IMG/VR virus record: IMGVR_UViG_3300037502_003888 | Location: 36,643 to 100,642 of that record | DNA length: 64,000 nucleotides | Strand: one strand, 5' to 3' | From: a virus | Shown here: positions 1 through 9,915 of the stretch, in pieces | Layout of the letters: each line of letters begins with the position of its first letter | How positions within the stretch are numbered: the first letter of the stretch is position 1 | Notes under the pieces: generated by a model | The model's database searches: none | What the model was told of the DNA's origin: nothing | The model's input: the letters and a program-made list of their open reading frames with translations, nothing else | Position numbers and translations under genes: made by a program

Positions 1-502
1 TGGAGAGATTGTGCGCCAGCGTGGGCTGCATGAGACGCCGCAGGTCCACCAATTTTGATGCATCAAGCCTGCTGAGTCGGTCAAGCTCTCGCACCACTGC
101 CTGCGTGCGCTGAGCCACAGTGGGCAATTGATCATAGCTCTCGTCCCACCAGGATCCAAAGGTCTGGAAACCCTGTTGCTGCAGCCAGGCCAAGGTACCC
201 TGCTGCCCTATCATCATGAATGGCACACCGCCCAACACAGCTTTCCAGGTTTTTTCCGTGACATAGATCCAGGGGTAATCGCCCATGGTTTCGGTCACGA
301 TGTACACGAATCCTTGCTGTATGTGCTGCACTGAGAATGTCCGGCACTCGTCTTGGGCCATGGCCATGAGTCGCTGGTCGCGATAACTGTTGCCCAAGAA
401 TCTCTGCTGGTGTTGCAGCATGATCCGCCACTGATCCGGGTCCAATTCTATGTCGTCATTGACACGCACCGGTGGATCAGTGACGCGCATGGTGATATTC
501 AT
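1..502 (-). CDS. GT10/fucosyltransferase-like 'TEKT' family protein, C-terminal half (runs off the window; absent from the ORF track)
   Basis: Manual translation from ATG at 502, which overlaps the upstream TGA as ATGA: MNITMRVTDPP...YIVTETMGDYPWIYVTEKTWKAVLGGVPFMMIGQQGTLAWLQQQGFQTFGSWWDESYD. The same motif occurs in 46741..47829 and 55789..56901. Confidence 0.7.
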   Translation of the reverse strand, partial: MNITMRVTDPPVRVNDDIELDPDQWRIMLQHQQRFLGNSYRDQRLMAMAQDECRTFSVQHIQQGFVYIVTETMGDYPWIYVTEKTWKAVLGGVPFMMIGQQGTLAWLQQQGFQTFGSWWDESYDQLPTVAQRTQAVVRELDRLSRLDASKLVDLRRLMQPTLAHNLS

Positions 503-1056
503 GCCCAGTGCCAGCTCACAGCACCGCGGTGCAATAGATCATGCTCGGCCAGGCAACACAGCGTGAACAAACGATGCTGTCTGCGCCGGTGATTCAAGCA
601 CACATACAACGGTCCGGGTTGCCAGGATTCAGGCAACATGGCCTGATCCAGCTGTGATCCCGCGGGAAAATCATACCACAGCGTGGTCTCGATCACTGTG
701 AGACAATGATCGCTGTTGCATATGGTGCGGGCCAAGTGCTGCAGATGATCCGTGATGCCGTGATGGTTGGTGAGGAAGATCAGCTTTTCCAGGGGTGTGT
801 TCCAGGCAGCACAACTGCGGAAGAAATTGTACACAGTGTTGCCGGTGATGCTGGTATGGTCGCAGTAGTCGGTTTCGTGGAACAAGATCACCGCACGCTC
901 ATCCTCAGCATATTGTTCGTCGGCTAGATCATTCATGGCGCGGCTGAGATCATGTGGTGCCAGATCTACTTCCATGAGATCCACCACATGCCGTATGCGA
1001 TAGCGCTGCCGTATCAAATCCAAGACTTCGGGCTGTATGCAACCATCCCACATCAT
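499..1056 (-). CDS. Hypothetical protein, probably the N-terminal half of the TEKT-family GT-like protein
   Basis: Coupled by ATGA overlaps at both ends. Its C-terminus LYVCLNHRRRQHRLFTLCCLAEHDLLHRGAVS resembles the mid-region of the two full-length paralogs. Confidence 0.65.
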   Translation of the reverse strand: MMWDGCIQPEVLDLIRQRYRIRHVVDLMEVDLAPHDLSRAMNDLADEQYAEDERAVILFHETDYCDHTSITGNTVYNFFRSCAAWNTPLEKLIFLTNHHGITDHLQHLARTICNSDHCLTVIETTLWYDFPAGSQLDQAMLPESWQPGPLYVCLNHRRRQHRLFTLCCLAEHDLLHRGAVSWHWA

Positions 1057-2066
1057 AGCGTTTGATAGATGCTGAGCAGCAGTTTTGGATCGTAATGGTC
1101 GCTCTGTATCTTGGTGATCTGGTCAGTGACGATCTGGTCCACGCTTTCAAATTTCACATGCCCCGGCGCTAGATCCTCTTCCACACCCGCTCTGCGCCCC
1201 GGCACCAGGCTCATCTCTCTGAGATTGTGTTGTCCCACGAAAGTCTCTTTGATGAAGTTGGCTTCTTCGTAGGAGATTTCTATGTCGAGATTTACGCGTA
1301 CATGCATCTTGGGACGCAGGAGCTCGGCACCGTGGTCGATCAGCGTAGACAGATTCCAGACATTGTATAGTGGCTGATCGGGCCAGGCATGATACTGCGG
1401 TTCTTCGCCCCACTCCAGGATCACGCAGCCTCGTTCAGCATCGCCGGCATCGGCGAAGTTGTGCGGGAACGCATTGCCGATGTAGGTGATGTTTTTCTTG
1501 GTCTGGCGTTTGTGGAAGTGTCCAGTGAACACATGTTCAAACCCCTGGAAATCTTCGCGATGAACTTCGCCATGATCCGGCATCTCTACCATGGCGTTCA
1601 TGAGATAGCCGGGCAGCTCAAAATGTCCAAACATGTATCGACCCTCGAGTCGTGCAATGCGCCGGTGGTCATCAGCTACCAACCACGGTGCCACCACGGC
1701 ATCGCCTTCGATGAGCCAGTCGTTGCAGATGCGCACACGGGAGAGATGTCGCGCCCACTCCACGCTCTGGATGTCACGACGGTCACGATAGTAGAGATCG
1801 TGATTGCCGGGTATAAACAGCACCTGATCAAAGTTGTCATTGAGATGCTCCAGGGCTCGCAGGCTGTAGTTCAGGGTCACGATGTTGATGCTGCTGCGAT
1901 GATTGTGCCAGTCACCTAGGAACATGGCTGTTTCACAGCCTTGATCGCGTGCCAGGGCCGTGGCCCACTGCACAAAGGCCAGGCAGTCTTCGTTGTGGGC
2001 CTGGCTGTTGCTCTTGAGACCAAAGTGTATGTCCGTGAAAATCATGGCACGGCGAAACAGATTCAT
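1053..2066 (-). CDS. Recombination nuclease subunit, T4 gp47/Mre11/SbcD-like metallophosphoesterase
   Basis: Motifs DIHFG, GDWH, GNHD, GHFE and GHFH; lies next to a gp55-like gene as in T4-like phages. Confidence 0.9.
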   Translation of the reverse strand: MNLFRRAMIFTDIHFGLKSNSQAHNEDCLAFVQWATALARDQGCETAMFLGDWHNHRSSINIVTLNYSLRALEHLNDNFDQVLFIPGNHDLYYRDRRDIQSVEWARHLSRVRICNDWLIEGDAVVAPWLVADDHRRIARLEGRYMFGHFELPGYLMNAMVEMPDHGEVHREDFQGFEHVFTGHFHKRQTKKNITYIGNAFPHNFADAGDAERGCVILEWGEEPQYHAWPDQPLYNVWNLSTLIDHGAELLRPKMHVRVNLDIEISYEEANFIKETFVGQHNLREMSLVPGRRAGVEEDLAPGHVKFESVDQIVTDQITKIQSDHYDPKLLLSIYQTL

Positions 2067-2068
2067 GG

Positions 2069-2950
2069 TTAATCCTCTAGGGGCATGATGGGGTTAAAGG
2101 CCTGGGGTGTCTTGGTCTGGCTGTATTGCCGAGTCCAGGAAGGATTGAGTCCGTTCATCTCCAAGATGTCATCACGGATGTTTTGATTCTTTTTCTCGAT
2201 GTTGAGGATGCGAGTGAAGCTGTTGGTGATGGCAGCAGTGTAGTAGGCAAAGGGATTCTGGGATTTTGATTCATCAAACTGCAGGCCGATCTGGCTGAGC
2301 TGCAGCAGGGCCTGACCGCGCATTTCCTCGTTGTAGGTATAGCCTCGCCAGTTTGATCTAGTGGCATAGCGTTCGCAGAGCTTGAGAAACATCTCTGCGA
2401 GTCTGCGTGTCATGTTGCCGTGATCCCGGCTATAGTGTCCGGTTTCTAGGTCGCCCTGCCAATGGCTTTTGCCCACGAGATATGGAATGCGATGCTCGTT
2501 CAAACGGTAGTGTTGGAACGGTGGAAAATTCACCCTGACATGCGTAGGATCCACGGCCACTTCCACAGCGATGTCTTCAGAGACTTCATCGAGGTCTTCT
2601 TCGATGTCCAGGAGATCTTCCAATCTCTGTTTTTTGGCCTGTGCTTTGGCGGGTTTTTTGGGCGCCATGGGTATGTGTTCCCAGGTCATGATCCTGAACA
2701 CCAGGTCTGTGTGTGCGATCTTTTTCTCGTTCTGTGGCTCACCGGTTTCCCGGGCTATGCGCGCTGCACGATTCCTGCGGGCCTCGGCTATGGTCCTTTG
2801 GTTGATCTTGCTCACAGAGGGCAGTATGATATCAAACTGATGATCTGTGCGTCGGTCTAGGAAACTGCAGTATGTGTTCTTGCTGAGATGTATTTCTTTG
2901 AGTATGTCTCGATTGTTGAGATAGTTCACGCGCGGTGGGGTAGTGGTCAA
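2069..2950 (-). CDS. Late-transcription sigma factor, T4 gp55-like
   Basis: YTYNEEM...FDESKSQNPFAYYT...NSFTRILNIEKK matches the gp55 core. A TTG start at 2950 follows AGGAGA; the track start at 3010 lies upstream of the predicted promoter. Confidence 0.85.
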   Translation of the reverse strand: MTTTPPRVNYLNNRDILKEIHLSKNTYCSFLDRRTDHQFDIILPSVSKINQRTIAEARRNRAARIARETGEPQNEKKIAHTDLVFRIMTWEHIPMAPKKPAKAQAKKQRLEDLLDIEEDLDEVSEDIAVEVAVDPTHVRVNFPPFQHYRLNEHRIPYLVGKSHWQGDLETGHYSRDHGNMTRRLAEMFLKLCERYATRSNWRGYTYNEEMRGQALLQLSQIGLQFDESKSQNPFAYYTAAITNSFTRILNIEKKNQNIRDDILEMNGLNPSWTRQYSQTKTPQAFNPIMPLED

Positions 2951-2972
2951 AGCCTTTCTCCTGTTTTTTGTT

Positions 2973-3000
2973 ATTGTACATGAATCTCGCGCGATGTCAA
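2973..3000 (-). promoter_or_regulatory. Sigma70-type promoter for the gp55-like gene
   Basis: TTGACA-N16-TACAAT on the minus strand, upstream of the RBS. Confidence 0.7.
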
Positions 3001-3034
3001 GCCTCGCCAAAAAACCAGTGTTTTTTGATCTGGG

Positions 3035-3040
3035 TAAATA
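3035..3040 (+). promoter_or_regulatory. T4-like late promoter TAAATA heading the baseplate operon
   Basis: TAAATA 17 nt before ATG 3058; the motif recurs before other structural genes. Confidence 0.65.
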
Positions 3041-3057
3041 CGTGATGGGGAAGATCT

Positions 3058-4596
3058 ATGGCATATGACGCGACGAGAGCCGCAGTATTTAATCGGCTCA
3101 TACAGTTAGGTTACAGCGAGCAAGAAGCACTGAACCAGGCCGGCATCTCTGATGCCGATGCCGGCAACTATTCCATAGGCAACAACGGGTCAATTGGCCC
3201 GCTGATCGATGGTTCTGGTGCTGCCAACAATCTAGCCGTTGATCCAGTGAGTCGCAGTGGTTACGCCCAGAATGCCAATCGCGGCGATGCGGCATTTGTG
3301 CCCACCGAGACACCGGGCATCAGCCCCTATGGCGAGCAGGACGATGTGTTTGAAGAGCCTCCCACCATACAACCCGGTGCACAGACCACATTTGACGAAT
3401 TTGGCAACATCACCTATCCCGTGGCCGACGATGGTGCTGCTTTTTCAGAGTTGCCCGACGATGATCTGGCTTTCCAACAGGGTGTGGATCCTGGACCGGG
3501 CTATGGCGAATCCGATGACAACTTGGCGTTTGAACCTGTCACAGAAAACCCTGGCGCGCAGACCACGTTTGATGAATTTGGCAACATAGTATATCCCACT
3601 GCTGATGATGGCGATGCCTTCAGCGATCTGCCCGACGATAACCTGGCCTATGGCCAAGGTGTGGATCCCGGACCGGGATATGGTGTCAGCGATGACAATC
3701 TAGCATTTGAACCCGTGCCTGTGGATCCCCAGGCCTTTGATCCTGCCACCCTGCAGGCTTCGGAGACCAAGGCTGCCTTGCAGCGTACCCAACAGCAAAG
3801 TGCCATACAACAGAGACAAAACGAGACCACACGTGGCGATTGGCGTGTGCGCCTGCGTCTGATGCCCGGTGCCACGTATCTTTACAAAGCCCCCGATGCT
3901 GATGTACTCAAGCCCTTGGTAGCCAGCGATGGTGTGATCTTTCCCTATATGCCGCAGATCCAGACCAATTATCAGGCCAAATACGACGCCTATGATCTGG
4001 TGCACAGCAACTATCGCGGGTATTTCTATCGTGGCAGCAGCGTGAATGAAGTGCAGATCACTGGCACATTCACGGCACAGGACACCAAGGAAGCAGAATA
4101 CGTGTTGGCAGTGATACACTTTTTCCGCTGCGTCACTAAGATGTTCTATGGCAAAGATCCCTTGCGTGGAGCACCGCCTCCGCTGGTACAACTCAGCGGT
4201 CTCGGTCAGTATCAGTTCAACAATCATCCCTGCGTGGTCAGCAACTTCAACTATAACTTGCCCAACAACGTCAACTATATCCGTACCACGCCCAACAACC
4301 AGGGACTCAACCTCACGCCGCGGCGCAATCTCTCGGGCACGCCCAGCAGCAACACTCTGGCCAGCATCGCCGCACGTCTCAGCAATGCCGGACTACCGAG
4401 AGGTGCCACACCCGAAAGACTGACCCTGGGCGAAGTGCAGGGAGTAGTGGCCGGCACCGAACAGAGCACCTATGTGCCCACCAAGATCGAACTACAGATC
4501 ACGCTGTTGCCCATACAGACTCGTCAGCAGGTCAGCCAACAGTTCAGCCTGGAGAATTTCGCCAATGGCAACCTCATCAAGGGAGGATTCTGGTAA
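3058..4596 (+). CDS. Baseplate/tail-tube-associated structural protein with an acidic repeat N-terminus
   Basis: First gene of the baseplate module. The C-terminal domain (GVIFPYMPQI...HSNY...F.AQD...GAPPP...YVPTKIELQITLLP) resembles tube-initiator-type proteins. Confidence 0.6.
   Translation: MAYDATRAAVFNRLIQLGYSEQEALNQAGISDADAGNYSIGNNGSIGPLIDGSGAANNLAVDPVSRSGYAQNANRGDAAFVPTETPGISPYGEQDDVFEEPPTIQPGAQTTFDEFGNITYPVADDGAAFSELPDDDLAFQQGVDPGPGYGESDDNLAFEPVTENPGAQTTFDEFGNIVYPTADDGDAFSDLPDDNLAYGQGVDPGPGYGVSDDNLAFEPVPVDPQAFDPATLQASETKAALQRTQQQSAIQQRQNETTRGDWRVRLRLMPGATYLYKAPDADVLKPLVASDGVIFPYMPQIQTNYQAKYDAYDLVHSNYRGYFYRGSSVNEVQITGTFTAQDTKEAEYVLAVIHFFRCVTKMFYGKDPLRGAPPPLVQLSGLGQYQFNNHPCVVSNFNYNLPNNVNYIRTTPNNQGLNLTPRRNLSGTPSSNTLASIAARLSNAGLPRGATPERLTLGEVQGVVAGTEQSTYVPTKIELQITLLPIQTRQQVSQQFSLENFANGNLIKGGFW
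3373..3720 (+). repeat. Intragenic tandem duplication with a ~177 bp (59 aa) period
   Basis: PGAQTTFDEFGNI.YP.ADDG.AFS.LPDD.LA..QGVDPGPGYG.SDDNLAFEPV occurs twice. Confidence 0.9.
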
Positions 4597-4895
4597 TGGC
4601 CGATTATGATGCTACCAGTCCCTATTATCTCACCCAGTACACGCAGTTCTTCCTGGACAGCATGGTCAATCGCCCCATACCCAAGGAAAGCGATGATATC
4701 CTGTTCACCATCAATCTCACATACCAATATCGTCCAGATCTCCTGGCCTATGACCTCTATGGCACACCTACGCTGTGGTGGGTATTCTACCAGCGCAATC
4801 CCAACACGCTGACAAAACCGCCACTGGACTTTGCTGTGAACACACAGATCTATCTGCCCAAAGAATCCACGCTGAAGTCGGCGCTGGGGTACTAA
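4596..4895 (+). CDS. Baseplate wedge protein, gp53/LysM-like
   Basis: YRPDLLAYDLYGTPTLWWVF motif, size and position. Confidence 0.8.
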   Translation: MADYDATSPYYLTQYTQFFLDSMVNRPIPKESDDILFTINLTYQYRPDLLAYDLYGTPTLWWVFYQRNPNTLTKPPLDFAVNTQIYLPKESTLKSALGY

Positions 4896-4898
4896 CCC

Positions 4899-7800
4899 AT
4901 GGCCGCGCCCGACATCCAACAACTACAGACACAGCGTACTCAACTCGAAAGTCGAGAAGCAGAATTACGGCAACAGCTCCGAGCTCTCGAAGAATCAGAA
5001 AATCCGTTGTACCGACAGCAGCGACAGCTCAATGCCCAGATCCGGGCACAGCGTACCATAGTACAAGATCCCGCGGCCACTGCGGCACAGAAAGATGAGG
5101 CCACGGCTCGGGCCACAGAACTAGAACAACAATACAATCAAATCAACAATCAGTTACGCATCACCAATGATCAGCGAGAGGCCTTGGCCCGCCAGATCTT
5201 GGACGTCACTGATCAGCTCATATCTATTGATCGACAGATCGAAGTAGCATCGCAAGGCAGATCCACCGAGCCTGCACCTGCTGCAACAGTAAGCCAACAG
5301 GTATCGCAAGATGCCGGCGATGGTCCCACACAGCCACCACCCCAGATCACACCCGGGCCCACCAATGCTGATTCTACACCCACACTGGCGGACGGTGGCG
5401 GTGACAGTGGTACCGACGCACCTACACGCACTTTCAATCAAACACAGACCGTGGGCAGTTCCAGCGCGCCCACACCGCTGCGCATTGAAATCACCACTAC
5501 CAATCGTGATGAAGAAAACGACGATGTCACTGGTGGTGAGATACCCAGCGAGACCGGGGCCCAGTTACCTCCGCCCAGAGTTTTGCCCGGCACTGCCAAC
5601 ACTTCGGGCACTGGGGCTTCGCGACCCGGTGCTGCCGCGGGCGAAGACACCGGTGCACAGTTGCCGCCCAGTTCGGCCACTAGACCACCGGCCGTGACCG
5701 GAGGTCTCAGCACCGACAGCAAGATCACACCACAGCCCAACATCTTGGATAAATTTGCCAACTATACCTATCAGGCCGCGGTGTATCTCATGAGTGACGA
5801 GCAGTATCGCACTTATCTGCGCACCGGCAAGCGCACTGTGACTGGGTACAATCTCCTGTTTCAGAGCGGTGGTGCCGCAGAAAACCAAGGAGGCGCACCA
5901 GGTGCTCAGCCCCAGAGCCCACAACAGGCCGGTGCACCTGCGCAGCCCAGCAACACCCAAGGTCGCAATCCTAATTTTCCCTTGGACTACTACATTGACA
6001 GCATCACCATAGAGAATCTCCTGCCAGGCAAGAGCACACAGAGTGCGCACTCGGTGCGCGAGCTCAAATTCACTGTGGTCGAACCTGCCAACATCAGCCT
6101 CATAGACAACATCTACAAAGCCGTGCAAGAGATCAAGCCCAAGGACGCTGCTGGCGCTGTGAACTATGCCGCGGCGCACTATCTCATGGTGATACGATTC
6201 TATGGATATGATCAAAATGGTGTGATACAAAAAGTAGGAGCTGCTGACCCTGTCACAGGACAGAGTGATCCCAATGCTGTGATCGAAAAGTTCATACCGT
6301 TCAAGATCAAAGACATCGCCTGGAGTGTCAGCAACAAACTCGTGACCTATGAATTCCAATGCGCGGTCACTGATCAGATGATCGCTCTGGGCACACGTCG
6401 CGGATCTGTGCCCGCTGATGTCGAACTCAGCGGTGGCACTGTGCGCGAGATCTTGGCAGGTGGTGTGATCTACAGCGGAACACCTGCCACCACTGAAGCA
6501 CCGGGATCGGCCACCACAGCTACTTCCAACCAAACCGATGCTGAAAGTGCCAGGCTCAATCGGCAGGCCGGCAATGCTCCGCCCACGGCCACTCGAGCGC
6601 CGCAGAAAGCCACTGCAGCGCCCAGTAAAACCGCCATCAAACAAGGGCTGATGCAGGCCATGAATGACATGCAGAAGCAACTGGTAAAAGATGGAGTGTA
6701 CGAAGTGGCCGACGAGTATGTGCTGGAGTTCGCTCCTGGGGCTGAAAGCATAGCCGATGCCACCATTACCAAACCCGGTGAAAAAACCGACAAGAGCCAG
6801 ACTCCCGTGGGGCCCGCGCCCAGCCAGCAAGCCAGTACCTTGAGTCCTGACAAACAGAGCATGGCCTCTACAGCGCGCAATCAGACCATAGTGGCTGGCA
6901 TGCAACTGATACAGGCCATTGACATCGTGGTTCGCAACAGCAACTACATCACCAATCAAGCGCAGGTACAGATACGTGATGACACCAGCGGGAGCCAGAC
7001 CAATCCCGCCAGTGGACGCAAAGGTGTGAATTGGTTCAATGTCACGTTCCGTGCAGAACCTCTCAAGTATGACAACAAGCGCAATGACTATGCCTATCGG
7101 GTCACTTACATCGTCAGCGTGTTTCCAGTGCAGGATTTTTTGAGTCTCTACTTCCCGCTGCCACTGTTCCGTGGCCTGCACAAGAGCTATCCCTACTGGT
7201 TTACTGGTATCAACACCGCGGTGCTGGACTACACCGCGACCTTCAACAAACTGTACAGTCTCACTGTGACCAGCAGCACTCCCAACTTTGATGCTTTGGC
7301 CAAAACACGTGAAAAATACACCTCCAACATGCGTGACATGGCTTTTTTCCAGTACCAGGCTCGCAGCACTGAAAGCCAACAGAACACACAGAGCAAGGCC
7401 AACGAGTTAGCAGCCAACGCCGCGGAATATCTCTACAACACCAGCGACAATGCCAACGCCAAGCTGCGCATCTTGGGAGATCCTGCCTGGATCGCACAGG
7501 GCAGTTTCACCGGTGCTGTCAGCGCAGAGACATTTACCTACAGTCCATTCCTGCCCGATGGTACCATAAATTTTGACAGCAATGATGTGTTGTTTGAGAT
7601 AGTGTGGCAGAGGCCCGAAGATTATGATATCAACACTGGTCTCGCGGATCCCTACAGCCGTACCAGCAAGCTCTATGGAGATCGACAGCCCCGGCAGAGC
7701 GTGGTATATCGAGCCACCACCGTGGAAAGCGAATTCCGTCAAGGGCGATTTGAACAGACAGTGAATGGCACCCTGTACCAATTTCCCTTGCCCGATGGTC

Positions 7801-8408
7801 GCAACGCAGCTCCGGCAGTGTATCGCGGTACTCAGACCGAGGGCGACGAAGGCGAAGCACAGGCACGACAGAACTTTGCACAACAGCAAGCCCAGGCCCA
7901 GGGAGTCAATCGAGCCAACGCGGCTTCGCCTAGCTCGTTGGCAGCAGCGTCGGCTGCTGTGGGTGCTGCCGGAGCAGCAGTGAATGCCTTGCCTGGTGCT
8001 GTGGCTCGTGGGGTCACGGACTTGGCGGGTGCCATACCTTCACCGGCCATCATTCCTGGATTCAGTGAAGCAGCCAGGATCGCTGGCTATGGCAATCCCG
8101 GAGCTATCAGCACACCGATCCCGGGTGCTGTGAATCTCTTGGGCGTGGCTGCCAGCACAGCTCGGACGCCGGGAGCGGGCTTGCCATCAGTGTTGCCCAG
8201 TTTGCCGCCTGCGGCACCCTCCAGCAACGGACAGAACGTGGGACTGGCTCCCCAGGACATCCAAGAAGCCGAGCGCATACAGGCCGAATCCGGCGATGCA
8301 CAGGCCATAACTCCGCAACAGGTAGCCAATAACCGGCTAATTAACGAGAGACTGAGCAGCGTGTTTGGACAGCCCAGTCGCCCGCAAACCATAGCGAGAG
8401 AAACCTAA
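4899..8408 (+). CDS. Baseplate hub-type protein with coiled-coil N-terminus and low-complexity ends
   Basis: 1169 aa between gp53-like and gp5-like genes; LRILGDP and V.S.FRQGRFEQT motifs as in hub proteins. Confidence 0.55.
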   Translation: MAAPDIQQLQTQRTQLESREAELRQQLRALEESENPLYRQQRQLNAQIRAQRTIVQDPAATAAQKDEATARATELEQQYNQINNQLRITNDQREALARQILDVTDQLISIDRQIEVASQGRSTEPAPAATVSQQVSQDAGDGPTQPPPQITPGPTNADSTPTLADGGGDSGTDAPTRTFNQTQTVGSSSAPTPLRIEITTTNRDEENDDVTGGEIPSETGAQLPPPRVLPGTANTSGTGASRPGAAAGEDTGAQLPPSSATRPPAVTGGLSTDSKITPQPNILDKFANYTYQAAVYLMSDEQYRTYLRTGKRTVTGYNLLFQSGGAAENQGGAPGAQPQSPQQAGAPAQPSNTQGRNPNFPLDYYIDSITIENLLPGKSTQSAHSVRELKFTVVEPANISLIDNIYKAVQEIKPKDAAGAVNYAAAHYLMVIRFYGYDQNGVIQKVGAADPVTGQSDPNAVIEKFIPFKIKDIAWSVSNKLVTYEFQCAVTDQMIALGTRRGSVPADVELSGGTVREILAGGVIYSGTPATTEAPGSATTATSNQTDAESARLNRQAGNAPPTATRAPQKATAAPSKTAIKQGLMQAMNDMQKQLVKDGVYEVADEYVLEFAPGAESIADATITKPGEKTDKSQTPVGPAPSQQASTLSPDKQSMASTARNQTIVAGMQLIQAIDIVVRNSNYITNQAQVQIRDDTSGSQTNPASGRKGVNWFNVTFRAEPLKYDNKRNDYAYRVTYIVSVFPVQDFLSLYFPLPLFRGLHKSYPYWFTGINTAVLDYTATFNKLYSLTVTSSTPNFDALAKTREKYTSNMRDMAFFQYQARSTESQQNTQSKANELAANAAEYLYNTSDNANAKLRILGDPAWIAQGSFTGAVSAETFTYSPFLPDGTINFDSNDVLFEIVWQRPEDYDINTGLADPYSRTSKLYGDRQPRQSVVYRATTVESEFRQGRFEQTVNGTLYQFPLPDGRNAAPAVYRGTQTEGDEGEAQARQNFAQQQAQAQGVNRANAASPSSLAAASAAVGAAGAAVNALPGAVARGVTDLAGAIPSPAIIPGFSEAARIAGYGNPGAISTPIPGAVNLLGVAASTARTPGAGLPSVLPSLPPAAPSSNGQNVGLAPQDIQEAERIQAESGDAQAITPQQVANNRLINERLSSVFGQPSRPQTIARET

Positions 8409-8411
8409 CAC

Positions 8412-9914
8412 ATGGCACAAGAAATACAACGCAGCCGGGGCCGGCCCAGTAACTATCGCCAAGATCGCGGTGGCATGTCCGCTGAGTATGGACCGTTTTT
8501 TGGCAAAGTCAAAAACAACGTAGACCCCACACGACAGGGCAGGCTGCAGGTCTATATCGAGACCTTTGCTGATGGCGATCCTGAAGATGACAGCAAGTGG
8601 GTCACGGTGAGCTACATGCCACCGTTTTATGGTGCGACTCCCCCAAATCTATCAGCCAACACTGGCGCAGGAACGTTTGCGCAGAACCAGTGCAGCTACG
8701 GCATGTGGTTTACTCCGCCTGACATTGGGCTGACTGTGGTATGCGTTTTCGTCAACGGTGACCGTAATCTCGGTTACTACATCGGCGTGGTACCCGAAAA
8801 CGGTATCACACACATGATACCAGCCATTGGTGCCGAAGCCAACTATATCAGCAGCAATCCAAACCAAGACACATATTTCGCCGACGCACCCTTGATGCCT
8901 GTGACCGAAATCAACAGCAGCAACGAACGGTTTGACAATGCGTCGCGGTTCTATGATCAAGAAAAACCCATACACTCGGTCGTGGCCAGTGCCATGTTCC
9001 AGCAAGGCATCTCCAAGGACACAGAACGTGGACCCATACAGAGCTCAAGCCAGCGCGAAAGTCCGTCTGCGGTGTTTGGTATTTCCACGCCTGGTGTGGC
9101 CATATATCAAGGCGGTCTCAAACCTTCAGACATCCGGGAACGGCTCAACAGCGGTGCCGTGAAACCACAGGACGTATCGGTGATAGGCCGCATGGGTGGG
9201 CATACCTTGGTCATGGACGATGGTGACATCGACGGGCGCAACCAGTTGTTTCGTTTGCGCACCGCCAAGGGCCATCAGATCATGATGAATGACAGCAACA
9301 ATTTCATCCACATCATACATGCCAACGGTCAGACCTGGATCGAGTTAGGTGTAGAAGGCACTGTGGATGTTTTCAGCACCAACAGCGTGAACGTACACAC
9401 CAATGGTGACATCAACATGCATGCTGATCGTGACATCAACATGTTCGCTGGTCGAGACATCAAGGTCAAAGCCAAGCGCCATATCATCACCGAAGCTGAC
9501 GTAGACTATCGACTCACTGCCAAGAATGACATGAGATTCTGGAGCAAAAACACCATTGGTGTCAAGGCCGATGGCACTCTGGCCATTCAGAGTGCAGATG
9601 GCAGCTGGAACGGTGGGTCTGCACTGAAGTTCACGGCTGGAGGCATTGACCTCAACGGGCCTGCAGCACCTGCGGTGCCCACACCACAGCCCATACAGAA
9701 AAAGCTCATGGACAACACCAAGTTTGACACCAGCAAGGGCTGGATCGTTGACAAGAACAAATTAGAAAGCATCGTGGATCGCGCGCCCACGCATGAACCA
9801 TGGCCCTATCACAATCTAGGCGTGGACACGCAGACCAGTCTAGAGACCGGACAACCCACGCCACCGCCCGGCGCGCCAGCAGTGCCAGCCGGGGTCAACA
9901 TCAGGCGAGACTGA
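8412..9914 (+). CDS. Baseplate central spike, gp5/VgrG-like (OB-fold plus beta-helix)
   Basis: VKNNVDPTRQGRLQVYI, YGMWFTPPDIG, GHTLVMDD, RTAKGHQIMM, followed by short beta repeats. Confidence 0.85.
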   Translation: MAQEIQRSRGRPSNYRQDRGGMSAEYGPFFGKVKNNVDPTRQGRLQVYIETFADGDPEDDSKWVTVSYMPPFYGATPPNLSANTGAGTFAQNQCSYGMWFTPPDIGLTVVCVFVNGDRNLGYYIGVVPENGITHMIPAIGAEANYISSNPNQDTYFADAPLMPVTEINSSNERFDNASRFYDQEKPIHSVVASAMFQQGISKDTERGPIQSSSQRESPSAVFGISTPGVAIYQGGLKPSDIRERLNSGAVKPQDVSVIGRMGGHTLVMDDGDIDGRNQLFRLRTAKGHQIMMNDSNNFIHIIHANGQTWIELGVEGTVDVFSTNSVNVHTNGDINMHADRDINMFAGRDIKVKAKRHIITEADVDYRLTAKNDMRFWSKNTIGVKADGTLAIQSADGSWNGGSALKFTAGGIDLNGPAAPAVPTPQPIQKKLMDNTKFDTSKGWIVDKNKLESIVDRAPTHEPWPYHNLGVDTQTSLETGQPTPPPGAPAVPAGVNIRRD

Positions 9915-9915
9915 C

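Noticed and set aside
132-431. 99-aa minus-strand track ORF
   Set aside because: A different minus frame starting at 502 carries the conserved TEKT motif and is the real gene.
5565-7379. 604-aa antisense ORF
   Set aside because: It lies wholly opposite the hub gene and has no motifs; best explained as a codon-bias shadow.
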